Origin: Candidatus Multivorans sp.
GTDB lineage: Bacteria > Acidobacteriota > Thermoanaerobaculia > Multivoradales > Multivoraceae
Assembly (NCBI GenBank): GCA_965224025.1
Contig: OZ245033.1
Span: 2,560,001-2,624,000, forward strand
Length of the DNA: 64,000 nucleotides
Reading direction: 5' to 3'
Made by a program: the position numbers and the translations under genes. Each line of letters starts with the position of its first letter. Position 1 is the first letter of the stretch. Below the pieces are notes generated by a model. It did not search any database and had not been told where the DNA came from. It worked only from the letters and a program-made list of their open reading frames with translations. Shown piece by piece: positions 11,069-20,280 of the stretch.

Positions 11069-11291
11069 CGGAACTCCCCGTCACCACGTAGCCGATGGGG
11101 TTGTCCCACGAGTATGCCGGCTGAATCTCTATTGCGGCCGTCATCGGTTCTGGCAGGTCGGCGAAGTCGGCCAGTCGCATGACATCCTCGTACTGCTGCC
11201 TTGCCTGCTCAAGGAGCCGGATGACCTCGGCGTCGCTCGGTTTCACCCGCGTCTCCGGGTCGGATCGGCGAGAGGAGGTTGGGTGCGTCAT
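11052..11291 (-). CDS. Small hypothetical protein overlapping the protease start
   Basis: ORF with helical-looking core (DAEVIRLLEQARQQYEDVMRL); stop overlaps protease 5' end; start uncertain (11291 or 11372). Confidence 0.5.
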   Translation of the reverse strand: MTHPTSSRRSDPETRVKPSDAEVIRLLEQARQQYEDVMRLADFADLPEPMTAAIEIQPAYSWDNPIGYVVTGSSDGDVG

Positions 11292-11677
11292 GGGGCCACT
11301 CTTTCCGGGGCACTTGTTTCCGGTGGTCCTGTGACCGCCAGATGGACGAGGTGTCGTTCGATTGCGGGTCACCGCCTTAGTCCTCGGCCGTCAAGGGGCG
11401 GGCCGTCGGTCTTGGGCTCTCCTGCTGCGCTCTTCCTGACACGGACAGCCTCCCTTTGGCCCGCGCCGTGCCAACTTAGGTGTCTGGAGTCTACGTCTAG
11501 TGTTGGTCGCTAGCAAGCGGACGAGCGACGGACGGGCACCTTCCGTGGACATCGGCTCGGTCGTGCCTTCTCCGGTGTGACAGCTGTGAGCGTGGGGCTC
11601 CGCTCGTGGGGACGAGGGGTTCGGGACGGAACCCTAGTCCGAAGTGCCGGCATGGGACTGCCTGCATGAGCCGGACA

Positions 11678-14313
11678 TCACGCGAGCGGGGTCCTCGCGC
11701 CAGTCTCACCCAACCCGTACAACCGACGCACCAGCCCCTCGAGTCCGCCTTCGAGATCCTCGACGTCCGCCGACGGGTCGCGCCGTCTTGCCGTCAGGAT
11801 CGCGTCGACGACGCGGACGACGGGCAGCTGCGCCTTCTCGCTGCAATCGGGAACGGGCAGCCTCTTCCAGTCGTTGGGGTAGAGGTGGATGTTGCTCCGT
11901 CGATTGGCGCGCAGGAACTCGCGGGCCACAGCGGAGTTCATGACACCGAGCAGGAACTTGACCGCGAAACGGGCGCTTGTCTCCTCGAGGTCTTCGCGCC
12001 GGGGCAGGTCCGGCCGGCGAGGCTTCTCGTCGCGATATCGCGTCTGACGCTTGATGGACCTGTTGCGAACTCCGCGCAAGCTGTGCCACGGTACGATCCC
12101 CACGGGTGCTCGGCGTCGGGAGTGTCGGACACGAGGTCGGCCAGTTGAAACGCTCCTGGTACCCGCTTCTCGTCAGCGTGCGCGACCAGCCCAACGCTGA
12201 CATAGCCGACTTCGTCGAGGGTCACCGTGGGCCGACTGAATCGATGCTCGATGGTGTCCTCAGGGAAGAAGGCCCGGTGCGTAAGCCTTCGTTGCTCGTC
12301 GGTCGTCAGGAGCTTGACGTTGCCAAACTCGCCGTGATGCACCCTGCGTTGAGGCTTGTTCTGGACGCCGTTGGTCTTCTGGAAGACGAACGTGACGTTC
12401 CTGACGGCGGCGTCGAAGATGCGGATGCGGCTCAGGAAGTCCAACCGCAGAATGCGTGCGTGCCGAAGAAACCACTCTTGTGACTTCTCCGCGTACTTGG
12501 CGTGGCAGTAGGCGTCGGAGACGATGAACGTGATGACGCCACCCTCCCTCAGCAACCGGAACCCCCGCTCGATGAAAGGGATGTACAGGTCCCACTTTTC
12601 CCACAGCGTCTCGTACCTGTCGCTGTCCACCACGCGCTGCCGCAGTTCTTGGTGAGCGGGGTCGGGGAAGTCCGCACGCACGTAGGGCGGATTCCCGATC
12701 ACCACATCGAAACCGTCCTTCACGCCAAACATCCACTCGGGGTCGAGCCAGTCGGCGCTGGCGTTCTGGTCGTACGGCCGCCATGCCGAGAGGGCGTTCG
12801 CCGCCGTTTCGCTCCATTCGTCCTCGATGAGCGCTTCGCGGAGTTCGCCTCTGAGCCTCTCGTCCTTCTTCCTCAACTCCCACTTGGCGCCGCGGTCGTG
12901 GGCGTCGAACCACTGCCGCCGAAGCCGCTTCAGCCGCTCTTCTAGCCGGCTGACCTCGGTGCTCCGTAGCTCGGCTTGAGCGGGGCGCTCCATACCCAGC
13001 AGCGAGTTCGCGGCAATGAAGTTGGTCTCGAGATTCGGCAGCGGATCCAGACCATAGTTGTTGGCGGGATCCGAGGTGGGTTGTTGCTCGACGATCAGAG
13101 AGATGAAGAAGCGCAGCTTGGTGATCTGGGTGGCCACGGGTTGGATGTCAACGCCGTGAATGACCCTCTGGATCAGGTAGAGCTTTCGCCCGAAGTCCCC
13201 GTAGCAGCGCTCCTCTGAGAAGGCGTGTTCGATCGCGCGAAGGGCGCTCCCGCGGGCCTGGGGATCCTCGATCGCCTCCGCTGCGTCCAACTGGCGCCTC
13301 TTCCACCGTTCGTTTTGCGGGTCGACCTTTCCGAGCTCGGTGTTGAGCGTCGCGAAGAAGAGGTTCTGGAGCACGGCCCGGTAGTAGTCGGTGCGTTCGG
13401 GACCGTGGTTCGTCAGAGTCGCCTCCGCGAAACGCTCGCGGAAGAGTTCGCCGGGCACTAGCCATTTCTCCTTGAGGAACCAGATGAACAGCAGCCGTGT
13501 GATCATTCGGATCACGTGCCGTTCGGCGTTGCCTGCACCCGCGCCGTCGTCCGGGAAGGAGCAGTCGTCTACTGCGCATTCGAACCATCGGTACAGGCGC
13601 TTGTAGAAGCGTCTGTTGAGTTCCTCGGTATCGAGTACCTGCTGCCACGCGCGGTGAAGTTCGTCAAAGTTGGAGTTCGCCGGCGCGAGCTCAGCAAGCG
13701 CGAGTTCGCTCGGGATTCGAACGTGCGCGCTGTGGGGGGCGTCCACGCGGATGTCCTTGATGAGCGTCGCCTTCGTGAGCACGTCGCGGTCGAAGTCGCG
13801 TTTGTGGGCCCTCCGGTGAATCACCGCCAACGTAAGCGCGGTGGTGCCGTCGTCCCTGCGGTAGCGGAAGAAGACGATGACGGGCATCCTGAACAGTCGG
13901 TTTACGCCCCGCACCATCGAGGCCAGCCGGAAGCGGGCATGGTCCCCGTCCCTGAGCTCTACGGCCATGAAGAGGAACGACTTGATCCGGCTCTCGTCGA
14001 AGTGTGTGAACTGGTTCTCGAACAGGTGCCCCTGGATTCTGGAGGCCAACTCGTCTTCGCCATACTGGAACACGATCTCAACACGCTTCCAGGTGTCGAG
14101 AATCAGGCTCCGCTGCCTCTCCGCCATCGTCTGCTCGCTGTGGCGGACGAATTGGTCGAGGAAGTCCCTGGGGTTTTCGGGTCCGGTTCCGAGGGTGCGT
14201 TCGCTCTCGTAGCCGAGGCACTTCAGCAGGGCTGCTGCCCGCTCTCCGAGCGGGCCGTCTTCGAACGCGCGAACTGCATCTTCGACCCGTTCGCGAAGGG
14301 CGTCGGTGCTCAC
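11678..14313 (-). pseudogene. Eco57I/type IIG-like adenine methyltransferase with internal deletions and a frameshift
   Basis: IHGVDIQP, GFDVVIGNPPYV and TaqI_C-like tail (FLLGVMNS...LPVP); expected DPACGSG SAM motif is absent at the ATLNTEL|GKVDP junction; frame break near 12105. Confidence 0.75.
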
Positions 14314-16623
14314 GTGCCCTCGTCGACGATCGCGAGCCAGGTCACGAGTTCGAAGTCCCGACTGCTTGAAGGACGCTCCGAGCGCCTTGACACCATCGCT
14401 TCACGACTCTTGGCGAGTGCCGCCCGTTCACTCCGCCGAAATCGACCCACGATGTCCCGAAGGGCCGCCCCGAGGATCTGCTCGTACTTCGCCATCTCGC
14501 TCCCGTGACCAGTCTTGCGGTCGAAGATGTCCACGAGTTCGGAGAGCACTTCAATTCGGCCACGCGCGACAGCGCTGAACAGCGTCAGCACTTGCTTCGC
14601 CTGCCGGAACGAGTAACGCACCGTTCCGTCGTCGCGCGCGTAGACCAGGAAGTACGGGTGGAGGCGATTCGGTGTGCGTTCCGCGCCGGCGTTTCGCTGC
14701 CTGAGGCAGAAGATCGCGCCCGGTTGGATCCGAGAGGACACGTCGGCTGACTCGGCCGTGAGTGGTCGTGTCGGCGACACCGCCACGATCCCCAGCGGCG
14801 CTTTCTCCAGCGCCTCTCGATTGGCCTGCAAGTACGCGAGCAGGTCGGCCAGGAAGTCGTCGAGGGTGAAGTCGCTCATCGAAATCCCGTCGTCCACCTC
14901 TTCCAGGTCGAGAGCTTCCTCCCCTCATCCGTCGCAACTGGCGGTCGCGGAATCCGAGGTCGTATTGGGCGGCCGTCGTCAACGCCTCGCTCGGTTCCAC
15001 ATCATCGGCGGCCAGCAGGTCGTCCTGCCCGGTGGCCGCCGCGTCTACGAGCGCCATTCGAGCCTCTACCCGGTTCTCGGGGAAGCCTCCGATCTCCGCC
15101 TCGGCTTCCGGGTAGGCCCGGCGCACGTGGGAGCGCGAACGGGCGATGGTGACCCCGTCGAGAAGGGCGAGGAAGTCTGCTCCCAGCCGCTCCAGCAGCG
15201 CTGCCTTGTCTCTGACGCTGCCCCGTGCGCATTCCTTCTCCCACTCCTGGAACTCCCGCTGGGCCAGCCTGAACACGGTCTGAACGTCGCCGATGCCGAG
15301 CGATTCCCGGAAGGCGTCCTGTTGCTTCTCCGTCATCAGGTAGATCTGGTTGCGGAGGTCGCGGAGGCTCGTGTTGACGGGAGTTGCCGAGAGCATGAGC
15401 ACCTTGGTCCGCGCTCCTTCTTTCAGCACTTCCTCCAGCAGCCGGTTGTAGCGGCTGCGGGCGACGAGATTGCCGTCTTCGTCCTTTCTGTCCCGCCCCT
15501 CGTTGCGGAAGTTGTGGGACTCGTCAATCACGATCAGATCGAACCCGCTCCAGTTGAAGTTCGCCAGGTTGACGTGCCCGGACTCGCCTCTGGTGCGGCT
15601 CAGGTCCGTGTGGGCGAGGACCGTGTAGCCCAGGCGGTCGTCGGCCAGAGGGTTGCCCGCCTGTCCGGCCCACGAGGCGTACCGGATCCAGTTCTGCTCG
15701 AGCTTCTTCGGGCAGAGAACCAGGACCTTCGCGCTGCGATCCTCAAAGAACTTGATGACGGCAAGTGCCGTCCAGGTCTTCCCGAGCCCTACGCTGTCGG
15801 CGATGATACAGCCGTTGTGGCGCATGAGCCGGTTGATGGCGCTCACGGCGCCGTCCCTCTGGAACTGAAAGAGGGCCTTCCAGACCCGCGTGTCGTACAG
15901 GTGGACATCGCGGATCAGGCCCTCGCGCTCGGCGTGCTCCGCCAGCCTGTCCCCGAGCGCGTGGAAGAGCGTCTTATAGTAGACGAACTCGGGAGGGTAG
16001 TCCCTGCCCAGTCGTGCGAGCGCGCCCAGGACTTCCTGTTTCGCGTCGCGGGTCAGCTCGTGGTCGTTCCAGAGTGCGTCGAACCAGGCCAGGAGGGGTT
16101 CGCGGTCGGCTTCGCGGTGGAGTTCGAGGTTGAGTTCGATGTTCGGATTCACACCGAGGCCGAGACCGCCCCGCGTGAAGTTCGAGCTGCCGAGAACCGC
16201 AGCGTTGTCCCCTGCCCCCCGGGCCACATGGTAGAGCTTCCCATGCAGGAAGTTGCTTCTCTCGACGCTACGGATGTCGACCTTCCTCTGGATCCAGTTG
16301 GCGCAGGCTCGCGCCAGCGGCTTTTGGGCGAGTGCCTGCTTCAGTTCGATGCCCCCGTCGTTGGTGAGCCTGAACGCCTTCTCTCCGGCCTTGGAGGGGT
16401 CCACCGCCCCGACCCCGCGGGGCTCGCCATACAGGAAGCGCATCCGCTCGATGGCGTCGAGCCGTGCCCGTAGATCGCCGTATGCGTATATGGTGAAGTA
16501 GGCCGAGACGACGGAAAGTCGAGATCCGGGATCGATCTGCTCGCGGAGGAAGCCGCCCACTTTGCGGGACTGGTTGTCGATGATCGCGTTTGTGGGTGCG
16601 GTGTTGGGGTGGCGAGGCTTCAT
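14310..16623 (-). pseudogene. PLD-nuclease/SNF2 helicase fusion with deleted helicase C-lobe and frameshift
   Basis: LHGKLY...GSSNFT (PLD), ADSVGLGKT, IDESHNFRN, LSATP; helicase motifs IV-VI not found; C-terminus (14310-14897) in another frame. Confidence 0.78.
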
Positions 16624-16905
16624 GGGTGTGTGGACTCGGCCGATTCTCGGAGGAGCTTCGGCGGGAACTGCGGACGTCGGGATACCTAGGTGCGGACGAG
16701 TCGCCGTCGAACTCTAGCCCCAGGTCAAGCCTTGTTGACGTAGTGTCGGCTCCCTCTCTCCTCCTTGCTGCTTCCGGGAGGAGTGTGACGTTACAGTGTC
16801 ACTTCTACGTCCTCGACACGGACTTAGGTGAAGCATGAGTGAAGTACCCGAGGCAGGCGGGTGCGGTCAGCACAGCCGCATGAACGAAACCTGAGTACGA
16901 GCACA

Positions 16906-17583
16906 ATGGACCTTCCCGAACTCGGCCCGCTCTGGCTCAGCCTGCAGCTTGCGGCCGCGGCGACCGCGGTGCTGGTCTTGCTCGGTACGCCGCTCGCCTG
17001 GTGGCTGGCCCGCACCCGTTCGCGGATCAAGCCGGTGATCGAGGCGGTGACCGCCCTGCCCCTGGTCCTGCCGCCGACGGTGCTCGGCTTCTACCTGCTG
17101 CTGCTGATGAGCCCGCGGTCGTGGCTGGGCGGGCTGTGGGTCGAGGTCACGGACACGACGCTGACGTTCTCGTTCACGGGCCTGGTGATTGCTTCGGTCG
17201 TCTACTCGCTGCCGTTCATGGTCCAACCGCTGCAGGCCGCGTTCGAGTCCTTGGGGAGGGGACCCCTGGAGGCAGCGGCCTCCCTTCGCGCCTCGCCCCT
17301 CGATGCCTTCCTGACCGTTGCCGTGCCGCTCTCGCTTCGGGGCTTTCTGACCGCGGCGGTGCTGACCTTCGCGCACACGATCGGCGAGTTCGGAGTCGTG
17401 TTGATGGTGGGCGGCAGCATCCCCGGCAAGACGCGGGTCATTTCGATCGCCATCTACGAACACGTCGAGACCCTGCGGTACGCGGAGGCGCACACGCTCG
17501 CGGTCGGTCTGCTCCTGTTCGCGTTCGCCGTGCTGGTGTTCGTCTACGTCTTCAACCGGAGGCTCCCGGTCCATGTCGCCTGA
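16906..17583 (+). CDS. modB: Molybdate ABC transporter permease
   Basis: LPLVLPPTVLGFYLL, EAA motif, FAHTIGEFGVVLMVGGSIPG. Confidence 0.93.
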   Translation: MDLPELGPLWLSLQLAAAATAVLVLLGTPLAWWLARTRSRIKPVIEAVTALPLVLPPTVLGFYLLLLMSPRSWLGGLWVEVTDTTLTFSFTGLVIASVVYSLPFMVQPLQAAFESLGRGPLEAAASLRASPLDAFLTVAVPLSLRGFLTAAVLTFAHTIGEFGVVLMVGGSIPGKTRVISIAIYEHVETLRYAEAHTLAVGLLLFAFAVLVFVYVFNRRLPVHVA

Positions 17584-18697
17584 CCGCAGCGAGAGCGCCC
17601 TGGAACTGGACGTGCGGGTCGGCTTCGCCGGCTTCGACCTCGAAGTTGACCAGGCGATCCCGGCCGCCGGCGTCACCGCCGTCTTCGGTCCGTCGGGCAG
17701 CGGCAAGACGACCCTGCTGCGGGCCGTGCTGGGCTTGGAGCCTGGCGCGACGGGACGCATCGCATTGGGCGGCGAGGCCTGGCTCGACAGCGAGCGCGGC
17801 GTGCTGACCCCGCCGCACCGCCGTCCTGTCGGCTGTACCTTCCAGGACGGCCGGCTGTTCCCGCACCTCGATGTTGCCGGCAACCTCAGCTACGCGGACC
17901 GGCGGAGCGCGCCGGCGTCCGGAGCTGCGACGGCGATCGCGCGCGACGATGTCGTAGACGCGCTGGACCTCGAACCGCTCCTCGACCGGCGCCCCCACAC
18001 GCTGTCGGGCGGCGAGCGGCAGCGAGCCGCCCTTGGTCGGGCGCTGCTCAGTCGCCCGCGTCTGCTGCTGCTCGACGAGCCCCTGTCGGCGCTCGACCGG
18101 CGCCGCAAAGCGGAGATCATGCCGTATCTCCTGGCGCTGCATCCGCGCTTCGGCATTCCGACCCTCTACGTCAGTCACGCGGTCGACGAGGTGGCCCTGC
18201 TGGCGGACCGCATCCTGGTGCTCGCCGAGGGCCGGGTGCAGGCGTTCGGCGGTACGGTCGAGGTGCTCGAGCAGCTCGACCTGGCGCCGCTCACAGAGCG
18301 CTTCCAGGCCGCGTCGGTGCTGGAGGCCCGGGTCGGCGCCCACGATGACGAGTACCGCCTGACCTGGCTCGACCTGGACGGCCAGCGGCTCAGCGTGCCG
18401 CGAATCGAATACCTCGCCGTCGGCGAGTCGGCGCGGTTGCTGGTGCGCTCGCGGGACGTGTCGCTCGCCACCGAACGCCCGTCGCCCACCAGCATCCGCA
18501 ACGTGTTGTCGGGCGTCCTCGTGGCGCTCCACCAGGACGAGTCGACCGCATTCGCGGAGGCGACGATCGATCTGGGGTCTCATCGGCTGCGGGCTCGGAT
18601 CACACGGGCGTCGGCAGCCGAACTCGGCCTCGAGGTCGGCTCGCCGGTGTTCGCGCTGCTCAAGAGCGTGAGCCTGGACACGCGCGCCGGTCGCTAG
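17573..18697 (+). CDS. modC: Molybdate ABC transporter ATP-binding protein
   Basis: GPSGSGKT, LSGGERQR, LLLDEP, C-terminal SIRN/TOBE region. Confidence 0.92.
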   Translation: MSPDRSESALELDVRVGFAGFDLEVDQAIPAAGVTAVFGPSGSGKTTLLRAVLGLEPGATGRIALGGEAWLDSERGVLTPPHRRPVGCTFQDGRLFPHLDVAGNLSYADRRSAPASGAATAIARDDVVDALDLEPLLDRRPHTLSGGERQRAALGRALLSRPRLLLLDEPLSALDRRRKAEIMPYLLALHPRFGIPTLYVSHAVDEVALLADRILVLAEGRVQAFGGTVEVLEQLDLAPLTERFQAASVLEARVGAHDDEYRLTWLDLDGQRLSVPRIEYLAVGESARLLVRSRDVSLATERPSPTSIRNVLSGVLVALHQDESTAFAEATIDLGSHRLRARITRASAAELGLEVGSPVFALLKSVSLDTRAGR

Positions 18698-18829
18698 CGG
18701 ACGTGCCGGCCCAATGCGAGCCTTCGAAGGCGGACCCAATGCTCGCGAACGACAGCGTGAAGGCGGCCCTGTTCTGCAACCGTCCCGTCGTCGCGGCGAG
18801 GGTGCTTCCACCCCGCCCGGGTGTCCAGG

Positions 18830-18955
18830 CTGCTTGCCACGAAAGGAGTGAATGGCGAACGTGCGGTCGCGCGGAAGCAGCCGCGGTAACAGCCTGCTCG
18901 GAAACGCTTCCATCGAGGGCTCTTCGACCAGGAACTCCAAGTGGCGAACCGTCAC
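18830..18955 (-). pseudogene. N-terminal remnant of a DUF4276-like protein
   Basis: HLEFLVEEPSMEAF...HSFRGKQ; overlaps the stop of the upstream ATPase; coding signal lost after about 42 codons. Confidence 0.6.
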
Positions 18956-19508
18956 CGATTCCTACCTCGTACACCTTCCAGCGGGGCCCCCTCGTTCACG
19001 AGCGGATCTCCCGCGCCGAGGTGTCCTTCCATCCACAGATCTCCGAGCTTTGCGCCCTCTTGAACGAACTCCCTCACACCCGGACTCTTCGAGACAAGAC
19101 GCGCCTGCGTGTAGCCGGCTTCATTCCGCCACAGGACACGCACTTCCTTGGGCCTCAACTCCTCCAGGAAGAACGGGGAGTGGGTCGTGATGAGCAACTG
19201 CGTTCGACCGGAGGCGGCACGACACTCCTCCGCGAGTTCTGGCAGCAGGCGGGGATGAAGGAAGTTCTCCGGCTCCTCGATCCCAATCAACTTGGGAGGC
19301 GCGGGGTCATACAGGAGAGTCAGATAGGCCAGCATCTTCAGGGTGCCGTCCGACGCGAACCGTTCGCTGGACTCGAAGCGGCCGAGCGGGACGCCCTTCA
19401 ACTTCATGGAGTACAAGCTGGTGTTAGCTCCGACAACGTTACGTCCCGGAGGGCGCGGTAGTTCTTGACCTTCAGCCAAGTCACCCGCGGCCGTACGCGC
19501 TCGCTCAT
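18952..19508 (-). pseudogene. AAA_21-like ATPase with large internal deletion
   Basis: N-terminus [12 protein letters not shown] (from ATG 19508) abuts, out of frame, ASDGTLK...[10 protein letters not shown]...LITTHSP; Walker A missing. Confidence 0.78.
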
Positions 19509-19695
19509 GTTTCGTCCTTCCAGGTTCCGCCACTAGTCAACCTTCTAGGCTGCCCGTTTCGGCACATGCGTGGACGATACCAACCCGGTCGGGATGGTCC
19601 GCCACCGCCCAGGCCTGTAACGCCGCCGGTTCAGGCCGTAGGTCGGTCTGCTGAATGAAGGGCCTGGCCGCCGCCCGTCTGCTACGGTCGCCGCC

Positions 19696-20067
19696 TTGCC
19701 CGCAAGTTCGGAGAAGCAGGAGTTCAGTCCGGGCTACGCGCGCTACGTGCTGGGCGTGCTGTTTCTGGTCTACGTCTTCAACTTCATCGACCGGCAGATC
19801 CTCTCGATCCTGATCGACCCGATCAAGGAGGAGCTCGGGGCGTCGGACACCCAGATGGGTTTCCTGACAGGGACCGCCTTCGCGGTCTTCTACACGGGAT
19901 TCGGCATTCCCATCGCCCGCTGGGCGGACCGCGGTGTTCGGCGGTCGATCATCGCCCTCGGTCTGACCGTGTGGAGCGTGATGACCGCGCTCTGCGGACT
20001 GGCGCATGACTTCCCGCGGCTCGCGGCTGCGCGCATCGGCGTCGGCGTCGGCGAGGCCGAGGCGTAG
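19696..20067 (+). pseudogene. Truncated spinster-like MFS transporter
   Basis: NFIDRQILSIL, IARWADR, ARIGVGVGEA; stops after about 4 TM helices, next to a palindromic repeat. Confidence 0.8.
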
Positions 20068-20074
20068 CCCGGCC

Positions 20075-20170
20075 CTGGGAACCCGGGTGGCGCGGCCCGC
20101 GCCACCCGCGAACCATCCGAGCGCCCCTCATCGGGCGTGCGGTTGGCACGCGGGCGTCTCGTCCGCATCC
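20075..20170. repeat. Double-hairpin palindromic (REP-like) repeat copy
   Basis: cgggtggcgcg..cgcgccacccg stem plus tccgagcgccc..gggcgtgcgg; reverse-complement similarity to 37832-37903 and 45209-45279. Confidence 0.75.
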
Positions 20171-20280
20171 GGCCGCCCTGGAACAAAGGGCGCGCTGTTG
20201 CGTCTTAGAGTAGGTAACATCCCGCGCCTGAACATCCGATGCGCATAGTAGTCTGCGCTCGCCCCTCTTGGAGAAGCACC

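Noticed and set aside
11468-11510. Integron attC or recombination site (ccaac...gttgg hairpin)
   Set aside because: Too short, imperfect, single copy, no integrase nearby
11678-16623. BREX or DISARM system
   Set aside because: Only a PLD-helicase and a methyltransferase are present; no pglZ, brxC or drmA/drmB-like genes
17552-18955. 467-aa minus-strand ORF as an intact gene
   Set aside because: Only the first ~42 codons look genuine; the rest is antisense to modC
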